This document shows, one piece after another, positions 18,410 to 28,712 of a DNA stretch of 64,000 bases. The notes below the pieces were generated by a model. The model made no database searches, had not been told where the DNA came from, and saw nothing but the letters and a program-made list of their open reading frames with translations. The position numbers and the translations under genes were made by a program. Numbering within the stretch: the stretch's first letter is position 1; every line of letters begins with the position of its first letter. This stretch comes from Deltaproteobacteria bacterium (lineage in GTDB: Bacteria; Myxococcota; Kuafuiibacteriia; Kuafuiibacteriales; Kuafuiibacteriaceae), in contig JAVJQW010000046.1 in assembly GCA_040218735.1 (NCBI GenBank), positions 64,001-128,000 of the forward strand. The letters are read 5' to 3'.

Positions 18410-20038
18410 TCAGAAGATTGAATCCCAGAAGTCACATCGCGCCGTGCGGATGCCGTCGCGTGTCTCGATGGGATCACCCAGCACCAGCGTCCGGTCCGCC
18501 GCGGCGTCGTAGGCGGGCCAGGTCGGGGCACCGTCCCCGTTGGGATCGTCGCCGGCCGCGAACCGGGACCAGTACCCACCGATCGTGTCGGCCAGGGCCT
18601 CCTCCTGTGCGGTGGGGCGGTAGCCACCGATGAAGAGGTTGTCGAACACGAAGAACAGCTCCAGCCCGTGGTACGCGCCGCGGTCGCGCAGGCGCGGCGC
18701 GTTCTCGAGGTGCTGCGTGAAGAAGTACCGGTAGACCGGCTCGGTTTGCCCGGCCGCGAACGCGCGTGCGTCGCGGCGCGCGCCGCACACGAACTTGGAG
18801 TCGGTGGTGACCGCGATGTACGCGTCCTGCGGCGTCGGGAAGTCCGCGGCCGGATACTGCGCGAGCACGCGGTCGCCGAGGATCATGCCGAACTGCGCGC
18901 GCACGAGCTGCGTGTACGCCGCCTCCGTTGCGAGCTCCGGCACCGACGTCGACGTTTCGTCGGAGTTCGCGCCGACGATCGCCGCCACGTGGTTGTGACG
19001 CCCCGCCGCGATCTCCTCGTCGGGCTGCCCCAGCAGCACGACACCGTCGACGTAGGGTTGCAGCTGCGACGAACGCCCCGCGACCTCGATGACCGGCGGG
19101 CGCGTGAGGAGCAGGTCCTCCGCCGTCTTCGTCATCAGGCAGTCGTAGACGTCCGCGACGTCGCAGCCGACGTCCGCGATCTGCGCGTCGGACTCCATCC
19201 GCACCGCCGACTCCGGCGGAACGATGCACCCGCCGCTCTCCATGATGAGCCCGTCGAAGAGCCCGGCGGCGAGCGGCGACGCAGCGAGCACACACACGTT
19301 CCGCGCGCCGGCCGACTCGCCGAAGATCGTCACCCGCGAAGGATCGCCGCCGAACGCCGCGACGTTCTCCCGCACCCACGTGAGCGCGGCGATCTGATCC
19401 AGCGTCCCGAGGTTGCCGTCCCCGGGGAGGCTGTCGTGCAGCAGCCAGGCGAGGGCGCCGAGGCGGTACTGGATCGTCACCACCACCACGCCGCGGTCGC
19501 GGGCGAGGTGCACGCCGTCGTAGACGAGGGTGTTGCCGGCGGTCTGGCCTGCGCTGCCTTGGGCGTTGCCGCCGCCGTGGATGAACACGAGCACCGGCGC
19601 CGCGCCCGCGCGATCCGGGGTCCACACGTTGAGGAAGAGGCAGTCCTCGTCGCCGACGACGGAGCCGTTCGCGAGCTGCGGGCAGGCCGGGGCGAAGGTG
19701 TCGGCGACGACGACGTCGGGCGTGCAGGTCGGCGCGGCGGGTGCGGCCCAGCGGAGCTCATCGACCGGGGGGGCCGCGAACCGGATCCCCGCGTAGCGGG
19801 TGACGTCGCCGAGCGCTTCGCCGAGGTACGCGCCGTAAGTAGTATGGACCGCCGCCGGGTCCGTCACGCCGGCGGTACAGGTCGCGCCCGCGTCCGGCGT
19901 CCCGCCGTCGCGGAACCCGGCGTCACGCGGTGCTTCGCTGCCGCCGTCGTGTGTCCCGGCGTCGGTATCCAGGTCCGTGGTCTCGGTCCCCGAGCACCCC
20001 ACGAACAGGAGCATCAGAACGCACATTCGGCACTTCAC
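18410..20038 (-). CDS. Carboxylesterase type B family lipoprotein
   Basis: Lipobox FVGC, EDCLFLNVW, FIHGGG, FGGDP-x-RVTIFGESAG, and His in AYHGLEL. Confidence 0.92.
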   Translation of the reverse strand: MKCRMCVLMLLFVGCSGTETTDLDTDAGTHDGGSEAPRDAGFRDGGTPDAGATCTAGVTDPAAVHTTYGAYLGEALGDVTRYAGIRFAAPPVDELRWAAPAAPTCTPDVVVADTFAPACPQLANGSVVGDEDCLFLNVWTPDRAGAAPVLVFIHGGGNAQGSAGQTAGNTLVYDGVHLARDRGVVVVTIQYRLGALAWLLHDSLPGDGNLGTLDQIAALTWVRENVAAFGGDPSRVTIFGESAGARNVCVLAASPLAAGLFDGLIMESGGCIVPPESAVRMESDAQIADVGCDVADVYDCLMTKTAEDLLLTRPPVIEVAGRSSQLQPYVDGVVLLGQPDEEIAAGRHNHVAAIVGANSDETSTSVPELATEAAYTQLVRAQFGMILGDRVLAQYPAADFPTPQDAYIAVTTDSKFVCGARRDARAFAAGQTEPVYRYFFTQHLENAPRLRDRGAYHGLELFFVFDNLFIGGYRPTAQEEALADTIGGYWSRFAAGDDPNGDGAPTWPAYDAAADRTLVLGDPIETRDGIRTARCDFWDSIF

Positions 20039-20117
20039 ACCCTCTTAGACCGAGGTTCGTCGCGAAAACGGCAACTGTTTGACCGCCGTCTAACGTGCGG
20101 CCACAGTCCCGACCGCG

Positions 20118-22673
20118 ATGAAGCCCAAGCTCTTCACGGTTCAAGTCACGCCGGTGCTCCCGAAGCCGCTCCTGCCGCTCGAGCACCTCGCTTACAACCT
20201 CTACTGGGATTGGACGCCCGAGATCGCGGAGCTGTTCGCCCGCGTCGATCCGGTGCTCTGGAAGGAGACCGGAAACAACCCCGTCGCGCTGCTGGGACAA
20301 GTGGACCAGAAGCGACTCGAGGCCCTCTCCTCCGACATCGGCTTCCTCGCGCACCTCGGCCGCGCGACGGAGATGCTCGACCGCTACCTCAACGAGCCGC
20401 GCTGGTTCCAGCTCGAGCACCTCGACCACCAGGCCGTGCGCATCGGCTACTTCTCGGCGGAGTTCGGCCTCGCGAGCTGCCTCCCGATCTACTCCGGCGG
20501 CCTCGGCATCCTCGCCGGTGACCACCTCAAGAGCGCCTCCGACCTCGGCATCCCGCTGGTCGGCATCGGGCTGCTCTACCAGGAGGGGTACTTCCGCCAG
20601 TACCTCAACTCCGACGGCTGGCAGATGGAGTCCTACCCGCCGAACGACTTCTACAACATGCCGATGCGCCTCGCCCGCAAGGACGACGGCACGCCGGTGC
20701 GCATCTTCGTCGAGTTCCCCGGGCGCCTCGTGCACGCGCAGGTCTGGCGGATCGACGTCGGGCGCGTGCCGCTGTTCCTCCTCGACACCAACGTGCCCGA
20801 GAACAACGACGTCGACCGGGCGATCACCCGCGCGCTCTACAGCGGCGGCGTCGAGCTCCGCATCCAGCAGCTCATGATGCTGGGCATCGGCGGTTATCGC
20901 GCGCTGGTCGAGATGGACCTCGAGCCGACCGTCTGCCACATGAACGAGGGGCACGCCGGTTTCCTCGGCGTCGAGCGCGCGCGGCACATGATGGGCGCGC
21001 GCCACATCGACTACGAGCTCGCGCGTGACCTCTGCGAGGACGGCAACCTCTTCACGACGCACACGCCGGTCCCCGCCGGGTTCGACGTCTTCCAACGCGA
21101 CCTCGTCGAGCGCCACATGAGCGCGTACATCCAGTCGGTCGGCATGTCCGTGCAGGACTTCATGGCGCTCGGTCGGCGCGACCGTCACAACGACTCCGAG
21201 CCGCTCAACATGGCGGTCGTCGCGATTCGTCACGCGACGCTCCGCAACGGCGTGAGCGAGCTGCACGGCAAGGTGAGCCGCGACCTCGTGCAGAACGGCG
21301 GCGCCTGGGAAGGCTGGCCGACGGAGGAGGTGCCGATCGACCACGTCACGAACGGCATCCACACGCGCACGTGGATCGCGCCCGAGATGGCGATGCTCCT
21401 CGACCGGTACCTCGGGCCGCACTGGCGTCGTGAGCCGGCGAACCCCCGGATCTGGGAGGCGGTGGATCGCATCCCGTCGGAGGAGCTGTGGCGGACGCAC
21501 GTCGCGCTCCGGCACCGCCTCGTGTCGTACGTGCGTGAGCACTTGGTCTGGCAGGGGCGTCGTCGTGCGGCGCCGGAGCGCGAGCTCGACGAGGCGCGCC
21601 ACGCGTTGGATCCCGAAGCGCTCACGATCGGCTTCGCGCGGCGCTTCGCGACCTACAAACGTGCGACGCTGCTGTTCTCGGATCCGGATCGTCTGCGGCG
21701 GATCATCACGAACACCGAGCGCCCCGTGCAGTTCATCTTCGCGGGCAAGGCGCACCCGGCGGACCACCCGGCGAAGGAGTTCATCAAGCTGATCGCGTCG
21801 AAGCTGAAGGACCCGACCTTCGGCGGCGCGATCGTGTTCCTCGAGGACTACGAGATCAGCGTCGCGGCGCCGATGATCAGCGGTGTCGACGTGTGGCTGA
21901 ACACGCCGCAGCGTCCGAAGGAGGCGAGCGGCACCAGCGGGATGAAGGTCGTCCCGAACGGCGGCCTCAACCTCTCGATCCTCGACGGCTGGTGGGCGGA
22001 GGGTTACGATCCCGAGCTCGGCTGGGCGATCGGCGCCGGTGAGAACTACGACGGCACCACCGACGCGGTGGAGGCGAATGCGCTCTATGACCTCCTCGAG
22101 ACGCAGGTGGTCCCGCTCTACTACGACCGGGATCAGCGCAGCGTCCCGCAGAAGTGGGTGTCGATGATGCGCGCGTCGATGAAGAAGCTCGCCGCGCGTT
22201 TCTCGAGTGACCGGATGGTCATGGAGTACGCGACGCGCTTCTACATCCCGACGGCGAGCCGCTTCCTGTCGAACCTGGAACGCGACCCCGCCGCGTCCGA
22301 GCAGATCGTCCACTGGAAGAACCGCGTGCGCGGCGAGTGGCGGCACGTGGCGGTCGACCACGTCGAGGCCCCGCAGGATGCGCACGCGCGGCTCGGCGAA
22401 TCCTTCGTCGTCTCCGCGCGCGTGCGCCTCGGGGGCCTCACGCCGGACGACGTCGACGTGCAGCTCTACCACGGGCTCCTGGACGCCCGGGATGAGCTGC
22501 GGGATTGCCAGAGCCTGTCGATGCAGCACGTGGAGTCGTCGGACGGCGTGCACGCGTACCGGACCGACGCCCAGTTCGCGGCGAGCGGTCGGTACGGCTA
22601 CACGGTTCGCATCGTGCCCCGGCGGGAGGATGTCCTCATCCCGAACGAGCTGACGGTGATTCGCTGGGCGTGA
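20118..22673 (+). CDS. glgP: Alpha-glucan (glycogen) phosphorylase
   Basis: YFSAEFG, YSGGLGILAGDHLKSASD, HMNEGH, FARRFATYKR and EASGTSGMK (PLP lysine). Confidence 0.97.
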   Translation: MKPKLFTVQVTPVLPKPLLPLEHLAYNLYWDWTPEIAELFARVDPVLWKETGNNPVALLGQVDQKRLEALSSDIGFLAHLGRATEMLDRYLNEPRWFQLEHLDHQAVRIGYFSAEFGLASCLPIYSGGLGILAGDHLKSASDLGIPLVGIGLLYQEGYFRQYLNSDGWQMESYPPNDFYNMPMRLARKDDGTPVRIFVEFPGRLVHAQVWRIDVGRVPLFLLDTNVPENNDVDRAITRALYSGGVELRIQQLMMLGIGGYRALVEMDLEPTVCHMNEGHAGFLGVERARHMMGARHIDYELARDLCEDGNLFTTHTPVPAGFDVFQRDLVERHMSAYIQSVGMSVQDFMALGRRDRHNDSEPLNMAVVAIRHATLRNGVSELHGKVSRDLVQNGGAWEGWPTEEVPIDHVTNGIHTRTWIAPEMAMLLDRYLGPHWRREPANPRIWEAVDRIPSEELWRTHVALRHRLVSYVREHLVWQGRRRAAPERELDEARHALDPEALTIGFARRFATYKRATLLFSDPDRLRRIITNTERPVQFIFAGKAHPADHPAKEFIKLIASKLKDPTFGGAIVFLEDYEISVAAPMISGVDVWLNTPQRPKEASGTSGMKVVPNGGLNLSILDGWWAEGYDPELGWAIGAGENYDGTTDAVEANALYDLLETQVVPLYYDRDQRSVPQKWVSMMRASMKKLAARFSSDRMVMEYATRFYIPTASRFLSNLERDPAASEQIVHWKNRVRGEWRHVAVDHVEAPQDAHARLGESFVVSARVRLGGLTPDDVDVQLYHGLLDARDELRDCQSLSMQHVESSDGVHAYRTDAQFAASGRYGYTVRIVPRREDVLIPNELTVIRWA

Positions 22674-22713
22674 CAGTCACGGCGGCGGGCCGATAAGCTC
22701 GCCGCACCCGCGA

Positions 22714-23994
22714 ATGCTGCTGGTTCTGTCGATCCTCGTCGTCCTCGTCACTTCGTTCTTCTGTTCGCTGTCCGAAGCCTCCCTGCTGAGTGTCAGCCGG
22801 GCGCGCATCCACTCGCTCGCGGAGAAGAACGCCGCCGCGCGCCTCGTCGAGCGGATGAAGCAGACGGTCGATCGCCCGATCGCGGCGATCCTGATCCTCA
22901 ACACCATCGCGAACACCGGCGGCGCGGCGCTCGCGGGGCGTGAGTACGACCGCCTCTTCGAAGGGGCCCACATGGGCGCCTTCACGCTGCTCCTCACCTG
23001 CGCGGTGCTGATCTTCTCGGAGCTGCTCCCCAAGACCCTCGGCGTGCGCAACGCGCTGAAGGCGTCGCTCGTGCTCGCGCGGCCACTCGCGGTGCTCGTG
23101 GTGCTGATGCGCCCCTTCGTGTGGATGTTCGAGCAGTTCGTCCGTCTGTTCGGAGAGAAGGCGCCGCGCCAGACGTTTTCGTTGGACGACCTCCGCGCGG
23201 TGGCGCGGCTCGCGGTGAGCTCGCAGTCGATCGGGCGCGGCGAGCAGATGATCATCGAGGCCGCGGCGCGGCTGCCGCGCATCCGCGTCGGTCAGATCAT
23301 GATCCACCGCGAGGACCTCGTTTACCTCTCGCTCTCCGCGGACGACGAGGACAACCTCGTGCGCGCGCGCCGATCGATGCACTCGCGGCTGCTGCTCTGC
23401 CACAACGACCTCGAGGACGTCGTCGGCTACGTCAACGTGAAGGCGTTGCTGTGGCGCCTGGTCCAGGAGCCGGAGGACCGCGAGGAAGAGGGCCTGAAGC
23501 GTCTGCTCGGCGAGTCGGTGCGTGAGCCTCTGCGCGTGGACCCCTCGCTCGAGGTGAGTGTCCTGCTCCAGCAGTTCTCGACGCAGCACGAACACCTCGC
23601 CCTCGTCGAGGCGGACGGTCGTGTGGTCGGGATGGTCACGCTCGAGGACGTCATCGAGGAGCTCATCGGCGAGATCGACGACGAGTACGACAAGTCGCCG
23701 CGCCTCATGGAGCGGCTGAGCCCCGGGCTGTGGCGCTTCGGCGGAGGCACGCTGTGGACCGACGTCGCTGCGGCGCTGAAGTTGCCGGCGGAGGAGTACC
23801 TGCCCCAGGACATCGACCTGGACGGCCGTTACGACGTCAACGATCTTGCCGGCGATCGGCTGCGCGGTAAGCTGCGCACCGGGGGGATCTTCACGATCGA
23901 GAAGTGGCGCTTCAAGGTGACGCGTATGCGTCGTGGCAAGGTGCTCCACGTGGAGGTGAGGCTCCTCGGTCAGCCGATCGGGACGCCGAACTAG
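22714..23994 (+). CDS. CNNM/DUF21-CBS (HlyC/CorC-type) membrane protein
   Basis: FFCSLSEA, ILILNTIAN, FSELLPK, CBS pair, VTLEDVIEELIGEI. Confidence 0.9.
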   Translation: MLLVLSILVVLVTSFFCSLSEASLLSVSRARIHSLAEKNAAARLVERMKQTVDRPIAAILILNTIANTGGAALAGREYDRLFEGAHMGAFTLLLTCAVLIFSELLPKTLGVRNALKASLVLARPLAVLVVLMRPFVWMFEQFVRLFGEKAPRQTFSLDDLRAVARLAVSSQSIGRGEQMIIEAAARLPRIRVGQIMIHREDLVYLSLSADDEDNLVRARRSMHSRLLLCHNDLEDVVGYVNVKALLWRLVQEPEDREEEGLKRLLGESVREPLRVDPSLEVSVLLQQFSTQHEHLALVEADGRVVGMVTLEDVIEELIGEIDDEYDKSPRLMERLSPGLWRFGGGTLWTDVAAALKLPAEEYLPQDIDLDGRYDVNDLAGDRLRGKLRTGGIFTIEKWRFKVTRMRRGKVLHVEVRLLGQPIGTPN

Positions 23995-23997
23995 TCG

Positions 23998-25413
23998 ATG
24001 TCGCTGCTCCGTCGAGCCCCCGCGCGTCGTCGGACGCTCGCGTTCTACGTGAACCACCCCGTCACGGACTTCGTCGTGATGGTGCTGATCATCGCGTCGG
24101 TGGTGTTGCTCGTCTTCGAGGAGACGATGCCCCTTACGAAAGGCTCGTGGATCGTCTACGCGAGTGACGCGATCACCGTGACGTTCGCCGTCGAGCTGAC
24201 GCTGCGGCTGATCGTCGCGAAGAAGAAGGCGCGCTTCTTCCGGCGCTACTGGCCGGACCTCCTCGCGCTGCTGCCGTTGCTGAGGCCGCTGCGGTTCTTC
24301 CGCTTCTTTCGATTGCTGCGGCTGTTCCGCCTGTTCCAGCTCGGGCTGCTCCTCGACCGCCGTGTCTCCGTCCTGCGCGGCGTGCTGCGCGTGAACTTCT
24401 ACTTCCTGTGGATCCTCGTGGTGCTCACGGTGATCCTCGTCGTCGGCAGCGCGGTCATGGCGTTTGTGTTCGAGCACCGCGTCGGGCACGGCTTCGACGA
24501 CCTCTCCGACAACCTGTGGTGGGCCGCGTACACGATCATCGCGGGCGAGCCGATCGGCGGGCGGATGCCGACGACGGACTACGGGCGGTTGCTCCTCGCC
24601 GCGATGATGCTCTCCGGCATGACGCTGTTCGCCATCTTCACCGGCGTCGTCTCCGCAACCATGATAGACCGCCTGCAGGGGACGACGCGCTTGGGTGAGT
24701 TGGACATCGAGGAGCTCGAGGACCACATCATCATCTGCGGCTGGAACGACGGCGGCGAGGCGCTGGTCGGCGAGCTCACGGCCGACGAAGAGCTGAGCGG
24801 GCGACCCATCCTGCTCGTGAACGAGCGCGAGGAGATGCCGGACCTCGCGGGGACGGGCGTGCGACCGGACCTCGTCTACCACCTCGAAGGTGACTTCACG
24901 CAGATCGACATCCTCGCGCGCGCCGGCGTCGAGCGCGCGCACCGCGCGGTCGTGCTCGCGGACGACACCCGAGGGCACCTCGAAGCCGACCGCGACGCGC
25001 GGTCCGTGCTCGCGGCGCTCACCATCGAGCGCATGAAGAAGGGTATCTATTGCGTCGTGGAGCTGATGGACGCACGCAACGAAGCGCACCTCGCGGTGGC
25101 CGGCGTCGAGGCGTTCATCATGCGCAACGATCTCGCGGGTCGCGCGCTCGCCTCCGCGTGCCGTCACCCGCGGCTGATCGACGTGATGATGAACCTGCTG
25201 ACGCTCCGGCGCGGACAGACGCTCCTCCGTCTGCCGGGCCCCAAGGAGCCGACGCGCTTCGGTTCGCTGCTCTCCGGCCTCAAGGCCGAGCGCGGCGCGC
25301 TGCTGATCGGGGTGGAGCTCGACCACGTCCCGGAGATCAACCCGCCGCACGACCTCACGGTGACGCCGGAACACCACCTGCTGGTCATCAGCGACACCCT
25401 CCCGAACGCCTGA
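23998..25413 (+). CDS. Voltage-sensor ion channel with RCK/TrkA domains and non-canonical filter
   Basis: S4-like LRPLRFFRFFRLLRLFRL, pore helix LWWAAYTIIAGEP, P-x-T-x-x-GR, RCK HIIICGW. Confidence 0.85.
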   Translation: MSLLRRAPARRRTLAFYVNHPVTDFVVMVLIIASVVLLVFEETMPLTKGSWIVYASDAITVTFAVELTLRLIVAKKKARFFRRYWPDLLALLPLLRPLRFFRFFRLLRLFRLFQLGLLLDRRVSVLRGVLRVNFYFLWILVVLTVILVVGSAVMAFVFEHRVGHGFDDLSDNLWWAAYTIIAGEPIGGRMPTTDYGRLLLAAMMLSGMTLFAIFTGVVSATMIDRLQGTTRLGELDIEELEDHIIICGWNDGGEALVGELTADEELSGRPILLVNEREEMPDLAGTGVRPDLVYHLEGDFTQIDILARAGVERAHRAVVLADDTRGHLEADRDARSVLAALTIERMKKGIYCVVELMDARNEAHLAVAGVEAFIMRNDLAGRALASACRHPRLIDVMMNLLTLRRGQTLLRLPGPKEPTRFGSLLSGLKAERGALLIGVELDHVPEINPPHDLTVTPEHHLLVISDTLPNA

Positions 25414-25523
25414 GAGAGCGACATTTTGTCGCGCGCCTGGCGCGCCGAATGTCGGGATGTCCGACGCACCGGCGACAAACGCGAAGCGCGCGTCCGGCAC
25501 GAGGGCTGCACTGCGTCCGGGCC

Positions 25524-26726
25524 ATGCGACTCACGTTCTGCCTCGTCCTCCCTCTCGTTGCTTCGGGGTGTGCGGAGGACCTGTTGTACGCCTACGGCGA
25601 CCCCGTCACGGTGACGGTGCGGAGCGAGTCGACGGGGAACGTCGACCTGCTGGTGTCGACGCCGCTCGGTGAGATCGTCGACGTCGTCGGCTTCGAGGCG
25701 CCCGGTCCCGTCGAGGTGCAGGCCCCGCCGGGTGGCTCCCTCTCGGTGTTCGAGGCCTCGACGTTTCACTCCTTCGCGGACGTGGCGGACGGCGAGTCGG
25801 TCCTGTTCCGGGGCTGGCTGCCACCGGCGTCGAGCGTTCAGCTCACGGTCCTCTCGGACCGACGAACACCGGAGCGCGAGCTTCACATCGTTGTGGGCTG
25901 CAACCTCGCGGCGTTTTCGTCCCACGAAGGTGTGACCATCGACGTCCCGTGCCCCAACGACCCGCTCCGGGTCGGGTTCGTGGAGGTCGACGCGTTGGGC
26001 CGTGAGCTCGGCGTCGCGACGCTCGAGGTCCCGCTCGCGGAGATCAACGACGTCACGCCGCCACGCCCCGAGGACTTCCGCGAGGTGCGGCCTTCGCGGA
26101 CCATCACGATCGACTCGACGGAAGCGTCACCGTTTCGCACCGTCTACGCGCAGGGGATCATCGGGTCGCAGACCTTCGGTCTGTACTCGGGGGGGATTCG
26201 GTTCCTGCACGACGCCGAGACGTCCACGACGGTCGCGCTGCTCCCGTTCCACTACGAGGCCCTGGTCGTCGGTGTCTCGGAGGTGACCTCCGGGGGGTTC
26301 GTCAGCGCCACGGATCGGTTCGGGGACGGGGACGTCACGATCGACATGAGCACCCGCCTCCCGAAGATCGACGGGGTGGCGACCAACACCGACGTGTCCT
26401 GGACCTTCGAAGGGAGCACCGCCCCGGTCGACGCGGTCGAGCTTCGTTTCGCGATGGCGTCCGGCGGCGCCCCCACCCTCGGCGTCGAGCAGTTCCGGCA
26501 GTGGTTCGTCAGCAAGCGCACCGACGGCTCATCGAGTTGGGTTCGCCCCGACGTCCCCAGCGACTTCGCGCCGACGCCTACGAGGGAGATGTCGGTCTAC
26601 GAGGCGGCCGTGATCGTGACCGCGAGCCCGCGAAGCGTCGAGGACCTCCGCGCCGACCCCTGGGGCGGCGGCCGGGCCACCGGGCGTACGGAGAGCCGCT
26701 CGATGGGGCTCGCGCTGACTCAGTGA
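25524..26726 (+). CDS. Hypothetical beta-rich lipoprotein
   Basis: Lipobox VASGC after a hydrophobic signal. Beta-rich composition. Confidence 0.65.
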   Translation: MRLTFCLVLPLVASGCAEDLLYAYGDPVTVTVRSESTGNVDLLVSTPLGEIVDVVGFEAPGPVEVQAPPGGSLSVFEASTFHSFADVADGESVLFRGWLPPASSVQLTVLSDRRTPERELHIVVGCNLAAFSSHEGVTIDVPCPNDPLRVGFVEVDALGRELGVATLEVPLAEINDVTPPRPEDFREVRPSRTITIDSTEASPFRTVYAQGIIGSQTFGLYSGGIRFLHDAETSTTVALLPFHYEALVVGVSEVTSGGFVSATDRFGDGDVTIDMSTRLPKIDGVATNTDVSWTFEGSTAPVDAVELRFAMASGGAPTLGVEQFRQWFVSKRTDGSSSWVRPDVPSDFAPTPTREMSVYEAAVIVTASPRSVEDLRADPWGGGRATGRTESRSMGLALTQ

Positions 26727-28516
26727 ACCTGCGCAAGCTGACTTGCGCGCGTCATGAGATCCAGGAACTCGACCTTGTCGGGGTCCCGCTCGCTCTTCGC
26801 GCCGCGCGCGATCGAGATGACCTGCGCGTACGACCACGCCTTCGCGCGCGGGCCCTTCCTCAGCAGCTCCGCGCCGCCCACCACCGCGGTCGCGAAGCGG
26901 AGGTCCGCGGGGGCGCGTTCGAAGCGGCGACGAACCATCGCGGTGGTGATGGTCATCGAGGTCTCCTTCGCGGTGTCCTCGCCGGGGCGCTTCGCCCGCA
27001 CGAAGACCTCGCCGAGCCGGCCCTCGCCAGCGTGGGGATCGAGCACGAGCTCGTAGAGCGCCGTGACCTGGTGGCCGGCGCCGATCTCCCCCGCGTCGAC
27101 CTCGTCGCGGCGGAAGTCCTCGTCGGCGATCGTGCGGTTCTCGTACCCGACGAGGCGGTAGCGCTTCACGACGTGGCTGTCGAACGCGACCTGGATCTTC
27201 ACGTCCTTCGCGACGTCCTGGATCATCTTGTTGAGGTCGCGGCCGAAGACACGCTGCGCCTGGCGCTCGGAGTCGACGTAGAAGTAGTTGCCGTTCCCCT
27301 TGTTCGCGAGCTGCTCCATCATCGCGTCCTTGTAGTTGCCGTCGCCGAAGCCGATCGTGCTGAGCGTGACGCCGCGGTCCACGTAGGTGCGGATGCGTTC
27401 GAGCAGCGCGTCCGGCTTCGTGGCGCCGATGTTCGCGTCGCCGTCCGAGCAGACGATGATCCGCGTCGTCGTGCCCTCGGCCTGCATCTGCGCGGCTTGC
27501 GCGTAGGCGAGGGACAGGCCCGATTCCATCGCGGTCCCGCCGGACGACTCGAGCCGATCGAGCGCCGCGATGATCTCGCCCTTGTAGCGCGCCAGGGTCG
27601 GCTCGAGGACCAACGCGATGCCGCCGGCGTACGTGGCGATCGCGACCTTGTCGTCGGGGCGGAGGTGCTCGACGGCGATCGTCAGGCTCTTCTTGGCGAG
27701 GTCGAGTTTGTCCGCGCTCGACATCGAGCAGCTCGTGTCCACGAGGAACACCAGGTTCGCGGGCATCCGCTCGGCGTTCGTCAGCGGCCGGGCCATGAGG
27801 CCCACGCGGAGCAGGTGGGTGCGGTCCTCGCTGTCGAGCGGCGACGTCGCGCCGTCGACCTCGATCGAGAACAGCCCCTTCGCGAAGCGGGGAGGGCGGT
27901 AGTCGTAGGCGAAGTAGTTGAGGAACTCCTCGGGGCGGACGAGCGTGGGCTCCGGCATCGCGCCCGACAGGAGCGAGCGACGCGCAATCGCGTACGCCGC
28001 GGTGTCGACGTCGATCGCAAACGTCGAGAGGTGGTCGACGACGGTCTTCTCGTCGCGCGCGACCACGTGGTCGGGACGCCCGATGAAGTCCGCGGGGCCG
28101 CCGCGGTGCGGTAGCTGAATGCGGGCGTACTGAAACGGCGCCGCCTCGACCTCGACGCGTTCGCGCGTGTCGCTCTGCTGCCCGTCGAAGTCGCCGCCCA
28201 GCGTGCCCGTGATGCCGAGTCCGCCGGCACCGCCGAAGCCTCCACCCCCGGCGCCGAAGCCGAGGCCGCCCATACCGCCGCTCCCCCTCGCGACGCCGAC
28301 CGTCCCGCGCGCGCGTTTGCCGAAGCGGCCGGAGCGGCCGAGGCCTTCGACGTAGACGGTGCCGACGTAGATCGGCTCGGCGTGTCCGCCGCTCGCTGCG
28401 CGTTGAACGGCGAGCCCCTTCAGCGGCTTCGCTCGTAGTGTCGGTTGCGCGGGGCCGAGTGGCCCGTGGGCGCAAGCGAAGAGGGTGACCCATCCGAGGG
28501 GAGCCAGGCGTCGCAC
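26720..28516 (-). CDS. YfbK-like vWA domain lipoprotein (vWF_A + VWA + DUF3520) with Gly-rich segment
   Basis: STFAIDVDTA, RPEEFLNYF, MIDAS DTSCSM, SDGDANIG, GNGNY, YRLVGYENR and DAGEIGAGH. Start uncertain. Confidence 0.88.
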   Translation of the reverse strand: MRRLAPLGWVTLFACAHGPLGPAQPTLRAKPLKGLAVQRAASGGHAEPIYVGTVYVEGLGRSGRFGKRARGTVGVARGSGGMGGLGFGAGGGGFGGAGGLGITGTLGGDFDGQQSDTRERVEVEAAPFQYARIQLPHRGGPADFIGRPDHVVARDEKTVVDHLSTFAIDVDTAAYAIARRSLLSGAMPEPTLVRPEEFLNYFAYDYRPPRFAKGLFSIEVDGATSPLDSEDRTHLLRVGLMARPLTNAERMPANLVFLVDTSCSMSSADKLDLAKKSLTIAVEHLRPDDKVAIATYAGGIALVLEPTLARYKGEIIAALDRLESSGGTAMESGLSLAYAQAAQMQAEGTTTRIIVCSDGDANIGATKPDALLERIRTYVDRGVTLSTIGFGDGNYKDAMMEQLANKGNGNYFYVDSERQAQRVFGRDLNKMIQDVAKDVKIQVAFDSHVVKRYRLVGYENRTIADEDFRRDEVDAGEIGAGHQVTALYELVLDPHAGEGRLGEVFVRAKRPGEDTAKETSMTITTAMVRRRFERAPADLRFATAVVGGAELLRKGPRAKAWSYAQVISIARGAKSERDPDKVEFLDLMTRASQLAQVH

Positions 28517-28712
28517 GTTCGAGGGACACCACATCGTCGCGCCGGGTTCCGCGGTTCGGCGCACACGGCATACACGCCGAGTCGACGACATCGCGGGGTG
28601 TGCTCGTGTCGAGACACATTCCCTCTCCAGGACGTGAATCTCACTTCGAATCGGCCTCGAAAGAGCACGGCCGCAGCGTGCACGTTGCAGAACGCATCGA
28701 GTACGCTGGCGC

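Noticed and set aside
28200-28300. Gly-rich low-complexity stretch as a collagen-like or RiPP core repeat
   Set aside because: No Gly-X-Y periodicity. It is a flexible linker inside the vWA lipoprotein.
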